Numbered from the stretch's first letter, positions 30,303-43,424 are shown. The stretch is DNA of 64,000 bases from Patescibacteria group bacterium (GCA_041737595.1 JBGSRK010000010.1:117375-181374); one strand, 5' to 3'. The notes: generated by a model not told the origin, from the letters alone. Translations and numbers: made by a program.

Positions 30303-30359
30303 AGGTCTAAAACTACAAAAGAGCTTGCTATCGCTCCTTTACTGATTAATCTGTTTTTC

Positions 30360-30435
30360 TGGTGAGCCCGGTGCGACTCGAACGCACGACCAATTGCTTA
30401 AAAGGCAACTGCTCTACCAACTGAGCTACGGGCCC
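30360..30435 (-). tRNA. tRNA-Lys (anticodon UUU), CCA encoded
   Basis: Reverse complement GGGCCCGTAGCTCAGTTGGTAGAGCAGTTGCCTTTTAAGCAATTGGTCGTGCGTTCGAGTCGCACCGGGCTCACCA. Confidence 0.85.
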
Positions 30436-30506
30436 GTAAAAAGCTTTTAGATTTTACATCAAAATGAACCATTTTTCAAGACTACTATTTGTAGTATGAT
30501 TGTAAT

Positions 30507-32120
30507 ATGCAGGAGGGTACACAAAAAGATATACGGTCAGTTGTTTCTTCATATAACCGAGATGAAATAGAGAAAGCGACTGAAGAACAAGCAAAGGAAT
30601 TGAAGATTCCTTATTATGATGTTAGAAAATCTGAAATCGCAACCGATATTCTTTCATTAATAAATAAAGAAGAAGCTCAAAGAGGAGTTATTCCGATTAT
30701 GTTGAAGAATAAATCTTTGAGTCTTGGAGTTACTGATGTTCGCGAAGATAAGATCCAAGATATTATTAGTTATTTAAAAAATAGTTTTAATATTAATAAA
30801 GTATTAATTTCTTGGGCATCTGTTAAAGATATTCTCCCAAGATACGATGGGTTAATAAAAAGAAATCTTGAAGAAAAAGAAGATTATGAGATCACCGCAA
30901 CTGAAGGAATATTAACTTTTTCTGAATTAGAAAGCCAAATAAATTCTGCACCACTCCAAAATATTTTAAGCTTTATTGTTTCTTCGGCTATTTCTTCTAA
31001 TGCCTCTGATATACACCTAGAACCTCAAAAAGAGGGGGCAAGAATTAGATTCCGAGTTGATGGAGTACTACATGTTGTTGGTACTATGGGTGAGGAGAGA
31101 TTTAAATATATTTTATCTCAAATAGAACTTTCTGGTGGGATGAAGCTTAATGTAGATGAAGCTCAAGAAGGAAGAATTGAGATAAAAATGGCTAAAAAAA
31201 ATATCAGTGTTCGTATTGAAACAATGCCAACACTTTATGGCGATGATATTTCTTTGCGTATTTTTAATACAGAGTCAACTTTGCTGAATCTTTCAGATTT
31301 AGGGTTATATGATTATAATTTAAAATTAATTAATAATTCACTAGCCAGACCCCAAGGAATGATTTTGGTTGTTGGACCAACTGGAGCAGGAAAAACCTCG
31401 ACAATTTATGCGGTATTAAATGTACTAAATAAACCAGAAGTAAAAATTATTACCCTCGAAGACCCAATTGAATATGCTCTAACTGGAATTACTCAAAGTC
31501 AAATACATGAAGATGAGAGCTTTAATATAAGGCTTAAAGCTGTTTTAAGGGAAGACCCAGATATTGTTATGGTTGGAGAAATTAGAGATGCTGAAACAGC
31601 CGATGTAGCACTCCACGCAGCATTAACTGGCCATGTTATGATATCAACCTTTCACGCCTACAACGCCGCAACAGCGGTTACATTACTCAGGGAGATTGCA
31701 ACTAATGGAACATTACTAGCTTCTGCAATAAATTTAATAATTGCTCAGAGATTAGTTAGAAGAATTTGTGAAAAATGTAAAATAGAAAAAAAATTGACTG
31801 AAAAAGAATACCAATATGCTGCAGATTTGTTTGATGAAATACCTGATGAAATAAAAGGTGAAAGAAAATTATCATTCTTTGAGGGCAAAGGTTGTGAAGA
31901 ATGTAAGGGGATCGGATATAAAGGTAGAATTGCTATTCATGAAATGCTACAAATGAATGTTGAATTTCAAAAAGTTGTCGCAAGAGAAGATATAACTGTT
32001 AGTGAAATCCAAGAAGCGGCAAAAAAATCTGGAATGGTTACTATGGAACAAGATGGGCTCTTAAAAGCAATTGATGGGATTACATCACTTTCAGAAGTAA
32101 TGAAGGCAATAAAAGAATAA
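30507..32120 (+). CDS. GspE/PilB-family secretion/pilus assembly ATPase
   Basis: 537 aa. Walker A VVGPTGAGKTS, ITLEDPIEY, a His box, and the C-terminal tetracysteine CEKC...CEEC motif of PilB/GspE are all present. Confidence 0.8.
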   Translation: MQEGTQKDIRSVVSSYNRDEIEKATEEQAKELKIPYYDVRKSEIATDILSLINKEEAQRGVIPIMLKNKSLSLGVTDVREDKIQDIISYLKNSFNINKVLISWASVKDILPRYDGLIKRNLEEKEDYEITATEGILTFSELESQINSAPLQNILSFIVSSAISSNASDIHLEPQKEGARIRFRVDGVLHVVGTMGEERFKYILSQIELSGGMKLNVDEAQEGRIEIKMAKKNISVRIETMPTLYGDDISLRIFNTESTLLNLSDLGLYDYNLKLINNSLARPQGMILVVGPTGAGKTSTIYAVLNVLNKPEVKIITLEDPIEYALTGITQSQIHEDESFNIRLKAVLREDPDIVMVGEIRDAETADVALHAALTGHVMISTFHAYNAATAVTLLREIATNGTLLASAINLIIAQRLVRRICEKCKIEKKLTEKEYQYAADLFDEIPDEIKGERKLSFFEGKGCEECKGIGYKGRIAIHEMLQMNVEFQKVVAREDITVSEIQEAAKKSGMVTMEQDGLLKAIDGITSLSEVMKAIKE

Positions 32121-32121
32121 G

Positions 32122-33231
32122 TTAAAACCAACTTTTGTCTGATTCAAATTCCTCAAGAAGTTTTTTCTGTTTCCCGGAAAGTTTTGAGGGAGTTTCTACA
32201 ATAACAGTTACAAAATGATCTCCCTTTCTTGATGAATGGAGCTTTGGAAGCCCTCTTTCTGTTAATTTAAATACTTTCCCAGATTGTGTCCCCGAAGGGA
32301 TCTTTAGCGATATATCGCCATGGACAGTCTCTACCTCTATAGTTGTCCCAAGAGCTGCTTGGGGGAAAGATATTTTACTTTCTGAAAAGATATTTGAACC
32401 ATCTCTGTGAAATTTATGATCAGATTTAATATGTATTGAAAGGTAAAGATCGCCTGAAGGGACACCAGAAGGTCCTGCTTCACCATAACCCTCCATTCTT
32501 ATTGTTTGACCGTCATCTATCCCTGCAGGAATTTTTACTTTGATAGATTTTCTGTCTTTAATTCGTCCCTCTCCACTACATTTACTACACGGTTTTTCAG
32601 GAACTTTCCCTGTTCCATTACAAGTTTCACAAATAGAAGCCTGGGCAAAAGTCCCAAACATAGTGTGTTGTTCACGTCTTACCTGTCCGGATCCATTACA
32701 TGTTGAACAAGTTTTTTTACTCGTACCCGGTTCTGCACCACTCCCATTACATTTGTCGCAGGTATTATATTTATCAAGAGTTATTTCACGTTCAACCCCA
32801 TTTACAACATCAGAGAATTCAATTGAAATAGTTGCCTCAATGTCTGACCCCTTTTTAGGTTTTCTACTTTTTGATGATCCTCCAGTAAACATTTCAAAAA
32901 TATCACCTATACCCCCAAGGTCATCAAAATTTACATTAAACCCTTGTTGATTAAACCCTTGTTGATATTGTCCGTAATCAAAACCACCTTGACCACCGCC
33001 ACCCATCCTTGAACCGGCATGACCAAATTGATCATACATTTTCTTTTTTTCTGGGTCAGAAAGTGTTTGATATGCTTCATTAACTTCTTTAAATTTTGTC
33101 TCGTCTTCTTTACTACCACCTTTATCTGGATGATATTTTAATGCAAGCTTGCGATAAGCTTTTTTTATTTCATCTGTAGTGGCACTTTTAGAAAGACCCA
33201 ACAGTTCGTAGTAATCTTTTTTTTCTGACAT
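32122..33231 (-). CDS. dnaJ: Chaperone DnaJ
   Basis: J-domain [31 protein letters not shown], a G/F region, and four CxxCxGxG zinc-finger repeats. I take the start at MSEKKDYY (33231) rather than the table's 33243. Confidence 0.9.
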   Translation of the reverse strand: MSEKKDYYELLGLSKSATTDEIKKAYRKLALKYHPDKGGSKEDETKFKEVNEAYQTLSDPEKKKMYDQFGHAGSRMGGGGQGGFDYGQYQQGFNQQGFNVNFDDLGGIGDIFEMFTGGSSKSRKPKKGSDIEATISIEFSDVVNGVEREITLDKYNTCDKCNGSGAEPGTSKKTCSTCNGSGQVRREQHTMFGTFAQASICETCNGTGKVPEKPCSKCSGEGRIKDRKSIKVKIPAGIDDGQTIRMEGYGEAGPSGVPSGDLYLSIHIKSDHKFHRDGSNIFSESKISFPQAALGTTIEVETVHGDISLKIPSGTQSGKVFKLTERGLPKLHSSRKGDHFVTVIVETPSKLSGKQKKLLEEFESDKSWF

Positions 33232-33291
33232 TTTTTCTTTCAAAGGGTTGGGCCATTAATTAGATTAATAACCCAACCCTTATTTTAAGTT

Positions 33292-35684
<2,393 letters not shown>

Positions 35685-35692
<8 letters not shown>

Positions 35693-36389
35693 TAATTTCC
35701 TCCAAAATTTTTCTTAATTCTTTTACTGCTGCAATTGTTCTTGGATAACTCATTCTCATTGGTCCAATTACTCCTAAATAACCATTATTCCCAAAAGGTG
35801 TTCTAAATTGAGAAACTACGAGTGAACATTCTGCTGATTTCCCTATTGGTGATTCTGAACCAATATATATTTGGGTGTCAAAATTACCGGGCAGTTCTTC
35901 TATTAAGTGATCCAGGTTATCAATAATCTCTGCCGCACCTAAGACTTTATCAGAAGTTAAAAATTCTTTTTGCGAAAATAAATTACCAAGCCCATGAGAG
36001 AATATTTCGCCCTGAAAACCAACAAATGCTGTATTTTCGGTTAAATTTGAAAGAATTTGAGAGGCTACTTCAAGCTGTTTTTCATATCTGTCACCTCTAG
36101 AAAAAATCCCTTTTCTAGAAACGGTGCTTTCTGGAGCTAAAAGTGCTTTTTCTTCTTCTATCATGTTTACAAAGTACCGATAGCCAGTTTCGGTTGGGAT
36201 TCTTCCCGCCGAAGTGTGGGGGTGCATAAGATATCCCATTCTTTCTAGCTCAGCCATTTCTGCTCTTACTGTTGCTGCTGAAAAAGGGAATTGATATTTA
36301 TCAACAACAATCGTCGACCCTACAGGAATACTTGTATCTGTATATTCCCTTACTATGGCATCTAATATTGCTTCCTTTCGACTATCCAT
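35685..36389 (-). CDS. hrcA: Heat-inducible transcription repressor HrcA (short form)
   Basis: 234 aa with an N-terminal winged-helix LDAIVREYTDTSIPVGSTIV. It is immediately downstream of a CIRCE element. Confidence 0.75.
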
Positions 36390-36398
36390 TTGTTCTCC

Positions 36399-36425
36399 TT
36401 AGCACTCTTGATGTTTGAGTGCTAA
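36399..36425 (-). promoter_or_regulatory. CIRCE operator (TTAGCACTC-N9-GAGTGCTAA)
   Basis: Perfect match ttagcactc ttgatgttt gagtgctaa, 10 nt upstream of the hrcA start codon. Confidence 0.9.
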
Positions 36426-36542
36426 TATAATATATCAAATCTTTAATATAGCTGTCAATAACTTTTTTTAATGTTTCCAATTGTATTTTTCTTCATTTAA
36501 ACTTAAAATTTATATAGAACTGTATAGTAAGGGAGGGTCAAA

Positions 36543-36905
36543 TTGTCAAAAGCACTTATTATCTCCTCTGATGAAGGGGCCAGATATCTTTATCAAGTTG
36601 TAATTTCTTATCAAAAAATATCTGTTATAACAGCTGATTCTATTGCAAAAGGGATTAAAACAGTAGAAAAAGATGTTCCAGATATTATTATTTTAGATAT
36701 TATGGTTTCAGATTTTAAAGATGTGGGACTATTAAAAGATTTAAAAGAAAAATTAGGGTCAATGCCACTAGTTATCATGGCTGATATTAAAAGTTCATCA
36801 AGTAAAAAGGAAGTTTCAATTCTTGGTGCGATAAAATATATGGTTAAAGGAGAAAGTTCACTTAGTGATCTAATTAAAACCGTTAGAAAAGTAGTTAATA
36901 AATAG
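36543..36905 (+). CDS. Single-domain response-regulator receiver protein (atypical acidic pocket)
   Basis: 120 aa with a TTG start and a CheY-like fold pattern (IIILDIMV...PLVIMAD...K). The N-terminal DD pair is replaced by SDE. Confidence 0.55.
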   Translation: MSKALIISSDEGARYLYQVVISYQKISVITADSIAKGIKTVEKDVPDIIILDIMVSDFKDVGLLKDLKEKLGSMPLVIMADIKSSSSKKEVSILGAIKYMVKGESSLSDLIKTVRKVVNK

Positions 36906-36920
36906 TTATATGGAGGGGTT

Positions 36921-38546
36921 TTGGAACGTAAAGGGTTTTTAACTGACTATAAAAGAATCCAAGTAATATCTGGGCTTGCTGCTCTTTCTGGGGCAATTAT
37001 GACTCTTATTATTCTGTTTTTTTTACCAATAAATTATATTGATAAAAGAAATATTATTATTATTGTTGTCTCAGTAATAATTTTTGTAGCAATATTTTAT
37101 ACAATTCCAGCTTTATATTTAAATAAAAAACTTTCTATGGTTTCTGATCTTTTTTATATTTTAGCTATTACTTTAGTCATGAAAAATATTGGCGATTATG
37201 GATATATATATTTTACTTTTTATATGATATTGGCCGCGGTGGATGCATTTATTTTCCCTGCTTATCAATACGCTATTTTAATATCTGCAATGTGTGTTGG
37301 AATACTTGTAGCAAATATTAGCCCTGATTTCATTATTCAAAATCAAATTATTTATCAAATATACGGAGTTTTAACTCTTTCTATTATATTAAGATTAATT
37401 GCTCGGGATGCATTACTCATAAAAGAAAGAAAAGAAGTACTTGAAACAGATATTACCGAGCTTGAAAATGACAAAAGAGAAATAAGAATATTACTCGGAT
37501 CTTTAGCAGAAGGGATGTTTATTGTCGATGAAAAAAATAAGATTACTTTTTTTAATAAATCAGCTTTGGAAATATTAAATGTAATTGCTCCAGAAGATAA
37601 AATTATTAGTAGAGATATTAATGATATTTTAAAAACAGTTGGACCAAATGGTCCAGAATCTGTAACAAAAGACCCTTTTGGAAAACTTGAGCCATCAAGA
37701 AGAAATGATTTTAGAATTATATTTCCAGATAGAGTTGTGAAGCTCCATACAAATGTCAGCCCAGTTATTGGAGAAAGGGGTGAAGTTTCCGGAGCAATAA
37801 TATTTTTTAGAGACATAACGAAAGAAAAAAACCTCGAAGAGCAACGTGCAGAATTTAACGCCATTGCTTCACACGAGTTAAGGTCTCCACTTTCTGTAAT
37901 TGAAGGTTATTTATTCTTCTTATTAGACCCTGCATCAAAAGCAAAATATGACAATGTTACTCGTGGCTATATTGAAAAAGCTCATGATGCCTCTAGAGAA
38001 TTGATTCAATTAATTACTGATGTTTTAACGGTGGTTAAGGCAGAAAATAATGAACTTGAATTAAATATTTCAGACGTAGATGTAAAAAAAATAATAGAAA
38101 AATCAAAAAAAGAATACGAGAAACAAGCAGAAATAAAAAAAATAAAATTAGAACTAGTTTTAGCGGTTAAAAATATCCCAATAATAAAATCAGATGATAT
38201 AAAGATAAAAGAAATAGCCAATAATTTAATTGGAAATGCTCTTAAGTTTACAGAAAAAGGATCTGTTACTATTGAGATTGGCATGTTGGAAAATGAAATA
38301 ATTATTTCTGTTACAGATACTGGCCCCGGTATTTCAAAAGAAGATCAAGCGCTTGTTTTTAAAAAGTTTTTCCGATCAGAAGACTGGAAAACAAGAAAAA
38401 CTGGTGGAACTGGGCTTGGTTTATACATTGTAAAGACACTCACTGAAAGATTGGGAGGACGAGCTGGACTTCAATCTGTTGTAGATAAGGGTTCAAAGTT
38501 TTATTTTACTTTACCCCTTGAATTAAATAATAAAGAGAAGAAATAA
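36921..38546 (+). CDS. Membrane sensor histidine kinase (5-6 TM, PAS, HisKA, HATPase_c)
   Basis: 541 aa with H-box AIASHELRSPLSVIEGY, N/G1/G2 boxes (NLIGNALKFT, DTGPGIS, GGTGLGLYIV), and a polytopic N-terminus. Confidence 0.8.
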   Translation: MERKGFLTDYKRIQVISGLAALSGAIMTLIILFFLPINYIDKRNIIIIVVSVIIFVAIFYTIPALYLNKKLSMVSDLFYILAITLVMKNIGDYGYIYFTFYMILAAVDAFIFPAYQYAILISAMCVGILVANISPDFIIQNQIIYQIYGVLTLSIILRLIARDALLIKERKEVLETDITELENDKREIRILLGSLAEGMFIVDEKNKITFFNKSALEILNVIAPEDKIISRDINDILKTVGPNGPESVTKDPFGKLEPSRRNDFRIIFPDRVVKLHTNVSPVIGERGEVSGAIIFFRDITKEKNLEEQRAEFNAIASHELRSPLSVIEGYLFFLLDPASKAKYDNVTRGYIEKAHDASRELIQLITDVLTVVKAENNELELNISDVDVKKIIEKSKKEYEKQAEIKKIKLELVLAVKNIPIIKSDDIKIKEIANNLIGNALKFTEKGSVTIEIGMLENEIIISVTDTGPGISKEDQALVFKKFFRSEDWKTRKTGGTGLGLYIVKTLTERLGGRAGLQSVVDKGSKFYFTLPLELNNKEKK

Positions 38547-38600
38547 ATTTATTTTAGATATGTATTCGCTTTGCTATACTAATATGACAAGGGAGGGAAG

Positions 38601-38969
38601 ATGAAACCAACAATTTTAGTAGTCGATGATGACACAAATCTTACCGGGTTATATGAAGCTGCTCTTTCGGCTAGAGGTTACCGAGTAGTAGTTTGTAATA
38701 ATGGGGAAACCGCCCTTGATTTAGCTGAAAAAGAAAATCCAGATTTAATTCTCTTAGATATTATGATGCCCGCTATTCATGGTTTACATGTACTTGATAT
38801 ATTAAAAGCAACTCCTCAAACCGAGGATTCAAAAGTAATTATGTTAACTGCACTTGGAGACGAAGCAACAAAAGAAAAAGCACTTGCAACGGGGGCCATT
38901 GATTATATTGTAAAATCAGACAGCAGTATGGCAGATATTTTAAATAGAATTCAAAAGGCGTTAGATTAA
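38601..38969 (+). CDS. Single-domain response-regulator receiver protein (CheY-like)
   Basis: 122 aa with MKPTILVVDDDTNL...LILLDIMMP...IMLTALGD...K. Confidence 0.75.
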   Translation: MKPTILVVDDDTNLTGLYEAALSARGYRVVVCNNGETALDLAEKENPDLILLDIMMPAIHGLHVLDILKATPQTEDSKVIMLTALGDEATKEKALATGAIDYIVKSDSSMADILNRIQKALD

Positions 38970-39952
38970 TGGCAAAAGTAATTTTTGAAAATAATTTGAA
39001 AGAGCTAGCACTCTCACTTAGTAAAGATGCTAAGGTTTTTGCTCCTGTTAAGACTCATCCAAATTCCACTTATAGCCAATATTCTTTTGTTGAATTCTCA
39101 AAAGAGATGGAACTTGTAATTGATTATCCAACAACTAATTTGCCTCCCAAAGAATTTTTGCTGCCCCCAAAAGATATCTTATTTACATATAGCAATGGGC
39201 AATCACAATCTCCAGTAATAGAAAAAAAAGTTATTTTTGGCCTTTCATATGAAGATCTTTATGGAGTAGAAAAGCTAACAAAGTTATTTTCATCTCCAAT
39301 AAAAGATGATCATTTTCTAGAAATCAAAGATTCTACATTAATTATTGGAGCCGATCATTTTTCGCCTCCAAAAAGTCTTAATTTTGACCTTTATCTCCAA
39401 AAAATTAACTCAGAGATATATGTTGGACATGCTGGAACAAAAAAAGGTAGCCAAATATTAAAAAATTCTTTGTTTAAAAATCAAGAAATTAAAATTCCAA
39501 AAGTTTCAAAGAAAAAAGACTTACTTCTTTCAAACCCAGATCTCCCAAAAATTATCATGAAATCTAAGGATCATCCAGTTTGGAATGATTTAGCAAAAAT
39601 ATGTTTGGGCTGTGGAATTTGTAGTTATGTTTGTCCTCTTTGTTACTGTTTTGAGATTGATGACGAAATTGATATAACCAAAGATGATATTTGTTCTACA
39701 AAATGTAGAACTTGGGATTCGTGTATGTTAAATTCTTTTGCAGAAACAAATGCTGGTAATTTTCGAGGAGAACTTTCTGAACGAATTTATAATTGGTATT
39801 TTCATAAATTTGTAAGAATGCCAAAAGAATATGGGTTTAGCGGTTGTGTTGATTGTAACCGATGTGTTATTTTTTGCCCTGCAAAAATAAATTATAGAAA
39901 CACGCTTATGAGACTCGTTAAAGATTGGGAATCAAAAAATGAAAGATCATAA
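38969..39952 (+). CDS. hydB: Group 3b [NiFe]-hydrogenase (sulfhydrogenase-type) beta subunit, Fe-S protein
   Basis: 327 aa with Cys clusters CLGCGICSYVCPLCYC...CVDCNRCVIFCP. It is first in a B-G-D-A gene order. Confidence 0.65.
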   Translation: MAKVIFENNLKELALSLSKDAKVFAPVKTHPNSTYSQYSFVEFSKEMELVIDYPTTNLPPKEFLLPPKDILFTYSNGQSQSPVIEKKVIFGLSYEDLYGVEKLTKLFSSPIKDDHFLEIKDSTLIIGADHFSPPKSLNFDLYLQKINSEIYVGHAGTKKGSQILKNSLFKNQEIKIPKVSKKKDLLLSNPDLPKIIMKSKDHPVWNDLAKICLGCGICSYVCPLCYCFEIDDEIDITKDDICSTKCRTWDSCMLNSFAETNAGNFRGELSERIYNWYFHKFVRMPKEYGFSGCVDCNRCVIFCPAKINYRNTLMRLVKDWESKNERS

Positions 39953-40751
39953 TTATATCCCTCAAAAAGCAAAGGTTGTTGAGAGAGAAAGTCTTTCACC
40001 TGATTGTTTAGGATTAAAAATTAGATTCCCAAAAAATTATCAATTTAACTTCCACCCGGGCCAATTTGTAATGGTTTCTGTTCCCGGTTTTTCTGAAGTT
40101 CCAATAGGCATTACTACGGCCCCAGATAAAAATGATTTTGAAATCGGTGTAAGATCAGCTGGGACGGTTACTAAAAAGATTGTATCTCTTATGGTTGGAG
40201 ATGATATATATATTAATGGCCCTTTTGGGAATGGATTTCCATTACAAAAAATGAAGGGTAAAAATATTGTAATTATTGCAGCGGGCATTGGTATATTCCC
40301 ACTTAGATCGCTAATCAGATATTTAGGTAATAATAAAAAAATATTCAAATCTTTAACTATATTTGTTGGTTCAAAATGTCCAGAAAGTCTAATATATAAA
40401 AAAGAATATAAAGAATGGGAAAAATTTGCAAAAGTTTATACTACCGTTGATAGTTGTGGCCCAACATGGGACGGCTGTATTGGAAATATTACTACACTCT
40501 TTGATAAAAATAAGATTAATAAAGGTTCATTAATGATTGCGTGTGGTCCTCCTATTATTTATAAATCAATTATTAATCGTTATGTTGGTAAATCTATTGC
40601 AGAAAATGATTTATATTTCATGCTTGAGCGTAAAATGAAATGTGGAGTTGGGAAATGCCAACACTGTACCTGTGGAGAATTATATGTTTGTACAGACGGC
40701 CCAGTTTTTTCTTATGACCAAATCAAATATAATACCGAGGCATTATCATGA
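39939..40751 (+). CDS. hydG: Group 3b hydrogenase gamma subunit (FAD/NAD(P)-binding, 2Fe-2S)
   Basis: 270 aa with a ferredoxin-NADP reductase-like fold (GQFVMVSVPG..., IAAGIGIFP) and a C-terminal CGVGKCQHCTC cluster. Confidence 0.65.
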   Translation: MKDHNYIPQKAKVVERESLSPDCLGLKIRFPKNYQFNFHPGQFVMVSVPGFSEVPIGITTAPDKNDFEIGVRSAGTVTKKIVSLMVGDDIYINGPFGNGFPLQKMKGKNIVIIAAGIGIFPLRSLIRYLGNNKKIFKSLTIFVGSKCPESLIYKKEYKEWEKFAKVYTTVDSCGPTWDGCIGNITTLFDKNKINKGSLMIACGPPIIYKSIINRYVGKSIAENDLYFMLERKMKCGVGKCQHCTCGELYVCTDGPVFSYDQIKYNTEALS

Positions 40752-41524
40752 ATAAAGTAAAAATAGCAATATTTGATTTAACAGACTGTGAAGGATGTGA
40801 ATTACAGTTTATCGCGCTAAGAGAAAAATTGTTAAAAAGAGGTAATGATTTTGAGATAACAAACTGGAGATTGGCAAATGAAATTAATTCTAATGGTCCA
40901 TTTGATGTTACTTTTATTGAGGGTTCCCCGATAGCAGAAACAGACATTGAGACATTAAAACAAGCAAGAAAAATGTCAAAGATTATTATTACTCTGGGAG
41001 CTTGCGCCGATCTTGGTGGTATGCAATCAGCTCTTCTAGAAAAAAAGAGAGAAAGAGACCTATTAGAAGTTTATGGTCCTAAATATAAAACAAATTCACT
41101 CCCTCCAAAGCCTGTTTCTTATTATGTTGATGTGGATTTACATTTGCCCGGTTGCCCTGTCAACGAAGAAGAGCTTGAAAGGCTTCTTTCTTCACTTTTT
41201 ATTGGCAAAAAGTTTTCGCCTAAAAATCATTCGGTTTGTCTCGACTGTAAGGTTGCTGGTAACCCTTGTTTATTTTTAGATGAAGGTTTTTGTTTGGGCC
41301 CCGTCACTCGAGGTGGATGCAAAGCTCCTTGCCCAGCCAATGGAATTCGTTGCTTTGGTTGTTTTGGTCCAATAGAGGCTGCTAATTTACCTGCTCTAAA
41401 AAGTGCGGGCGAAAAACATAATTCGGTTGAAAATATAGATAATACTTTAAGTTTGTTTTTTTCAAAGCAAGATGTGTATAAAGAATATAAAATATCACAG
41501 AAAAAGGGGAAAAATGTCTCATAA
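40748..41524 (+). CDS. hydD: [NiFe]-hydrogenase small (delta) subunit
   Basis: 258 aa with CEGCELQF...GACADLGGMQ...C, the Nuo 20-kDa / hydrogenase small subunit pattern. Confidence 0.75.
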   Translation: MNKVKIAIFDLTDCEGCELQFIALREKLLKRGNDFEITNWRLANEINSNGPFDVTFIEGSPIAETDIETLKQARKMSKIIITLGACADLGGMQSALLEKKRERDLLEVYGPKYKTNSLPPKPVSYYVDVDLHLPGCPVNEEELERLLSSLFIGKKFSPKNHSVCLDCKVAGNPCLFLDEGFCLGPVTRGGCKAPCPANGIRCFGCFGPIEAANLPALKSAGEKHNSVENIDNTLSLFFSKQDVYKEYKISQKKGKNVS

Positions 41525-42770
41525 TACATTAAGCCAATTCATTTCAAAAATTGAAGGGCATGGTAAATTAAAATATAATATCGCTGAATCATGTGTGAGT
41601 GTCAACATTGATGAAGGGGAGAGGCTCTTTGAACGACTAGTAATTGGTAGGAGTTATACTGAGCTTGCATTTATTACTGCAAGAATTTGCGGAGTTTGCC
41701 CAACAGCACATGCTATTGCCGCCACAAGAGCCATAGAAGATGCTTTTGGAGTTGATCTTAATGATAAAATAAATAGTTTAAGGTATGCAATTGAGGCAGG
41801 ACAAATTATACAGTCTCATGCTCTACATTTATTTTTTCTTGCTCTCCCTGATTATATTAAAGTCCAGAATGGTCTAGAATTACATGAAAAAGATCCTGGA
41901 TTATTCAAAATCGCAAGCGAACTAAAGTCTGCAGGAGATGAGGTTATAAAAGTAATTGGAGGAAGAGCTATCCATCCATTAACACCTACTGTTGGGGGAT
42001 TTACAAAAGTCCCAACCAAAAAAGAAATTGAAAAACTTATTATTAAAATAAGATCCGCCCAAAGACTTGCAATAGAAACTCTTGAAATTTTTGCCGGGCT
42101 AAAATATCCACATTTAAATAAAAAGGAAGAATATTTTTCTTTAACAAAAAATGGTTTTGTAGATATTTTAGGAGACAAATTAATGTCTACAGAGGGAGTA
42201 GAATCTGATGTTAAAAGTTATCAATATGTAATTAAAGAAATAGTTAAAAAGAACTGTACTGCAAAACATGCGCTTCATGACGGACATGGGTTTATTGTGG
42301 GAGCAACTGCCCGCGTTAATCTTATGAGCGAAGATGATTTCAACCCAAAAACTCAAAAAGCCCTAAAGATGTTGAAAATCAAACTTCCTATCACAAACAG
42401 CTTTAAAAATAACCTAGCTCAAGCAATCGAAATCTTACATTTTTGCGAAGAAATAGAAAAACAACTGACAAGCTTTATTTGGAGTAAAGATGAAAGAACT
42501 AAAGTTGGGTATAAGATTAAGGCTGGGGTTGGAGTTGGAGCAACTGAAGCCCCTAGAGGGACTTTATTCCATATGTATGAATTTGATGAAAAAGGGATTG
42601 TTATTAATTGCGATATTATCACTCCTACAGTCCAAAACCTTACCAGCCTGGAAGATGATGCTAATGAGTATTTGAAACAAAATAAATCTGTCTCTATCCC
42701 AAGACGACAAAAAGAACTTGAAATGCTAATTCGGGCATATGACCCCTGTATTACTTGTAGTGTCCATTAA
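41514..42770 (+). CDS. hydA: [NiFe]-hydrogenase large (alpha) subunit
   Basis: N-terminal RICGVCPTAH and C-terminal DPCITCSVH are the Ni-binding CxxC motifs. I take the start at MSHNTL (41514), overlapping the hydD stop, rather than the table's 41472. Confidence 0.85.
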   Translation: MSHNTLSQFISKIEGHGKLKYNIAESCVSVNIDEGERLFERLVIGRSYTELAFITARICGVCPTAHAIAATRAIEDAFGVDLNDKINSLRYAIEAGQIIQSHALHLFFLALPDYIKVQNGLELHEKDPGLFKIASELKSAGDEVIKVIGGRAIHPLTPTVGGFTKVPTKKEIEKLIIKIRSAQRLAIETLEIFAGLKYPHLNKKEEYFSLTKNGFVDILGDKLMSTEGVESDVKSYQYVIKEIVKKNCTAKHALHDGHGFIVGATARVNLMSEDDFNPKTQKALKMLKIKLPITNSFKNNLAQAIEILHFCEEIEKQLTSFIWSKDERTKVGYKIKAGVGVGATEAPRGTLFHMYEFDEKGIVINCDIITPTVQNLTSLEDDANEYLKQNKSVSIPRRQKELEMLIRAYDPCITCSVH

Positions 42771-42803
42771 AAAGGCAAAGTCTCCGTCAGTTGACAGAGA
42801 CTC

Positions 42804-43424
42804 TTAGAGCCCTAGTGCCTCTTTAGCACGCTTTGTAGCTCTTTGTAGCTGGGTTCCTTCGTAGTTTAGTGTCCCGACCCTGTCAACAGCTTTCATGAAC
42901 TCCATGTCGCTTGCTTGTTCGAATAGTAGTTGTTCTATTTCTTTCTTTGTGCATCTAGAAGAAAAAACTCCTCCAAGATGAGCAACAAGGTTCCCTCTCT
43001 GAGAACCAAGCGGAATAAGCCCTTCAAAAGAGATTATCCGCCCTTCATTTTGGTAAATCCCATTTGTTAGCGGTAACAAGGTGTGGGCAACTGCTCGAAT
43101 TTCTGGCTCAATCTCTCTTGCAACAGACAAAACCCCCAGCTGAGCCTCTTCGTTCATATCTCGATAATGGTCAGGGAGACCATACCTGTGTAGAACGGAG
43201 TTTGCCGTAATCACGCCATTGATGCCCTGTTCTTTCAATTTCTGTATGGAGTTCTCGGCAATTGGCATAAGATCAGCCGGAATCATACCCTCAAGGTTCT
43301 CGAGGGCTGATTTGTTTAATGCTGTAGCCACGATAAACATTGGGCCAACGTCTCCTCCACAAGTAGCAAGAGAAGAGACCAATACTTTAAGCGCTTGGCT
43401 TGTAATAAGTGTCACTTCTCTCAC
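42804..43424 (-). CDS. Hypothetical protein adjacent to hypC (hydrogenase-associated?), elevated GC (~45%)
   Basis: 206 aa: MREVTLITSQALKVLVSSLATCGGDVGPMFIVATALNK... I recognise no family. It is 3 nt downstream of hypC on the same strand. Confidence 0.35.
   Translation of the reverse strand: MREVTLITSQALKVLVSSLATCGGDVGPMFIVATALNKSALENLEGMIPADLMPIAENSIQKLKEQGINGVITANSVLHRYGLPDHYRDMNEEAQLGVLSVAREIEPEIRAVAHTLLPLTNGIYQNEGRIISFEGLIPLGSQRGNLVAHLGGVFSSRCTKKEIEQLLFEQASDMEFMKAVDRVGTLNYEGTQLQRATKRAKEALGL

Noticed and set aside
41472-41513. Upstream extension of hydA (MCIKNIKYHRKRGK...)
   Set aside because: It overlaps hydD by 53 nt in another frame. The Met at 41514 is preceded by AAAAGGGGA and gives the normal stop/start coupling with hydD.
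42804-43424. Calling the 206-aa ORF HypD
   Set aside because: HypD is about 360 aa with GPGCPVC and GFETT motifs, and none of these are present. Position alone is insufficient, so it is left as hypothetical.
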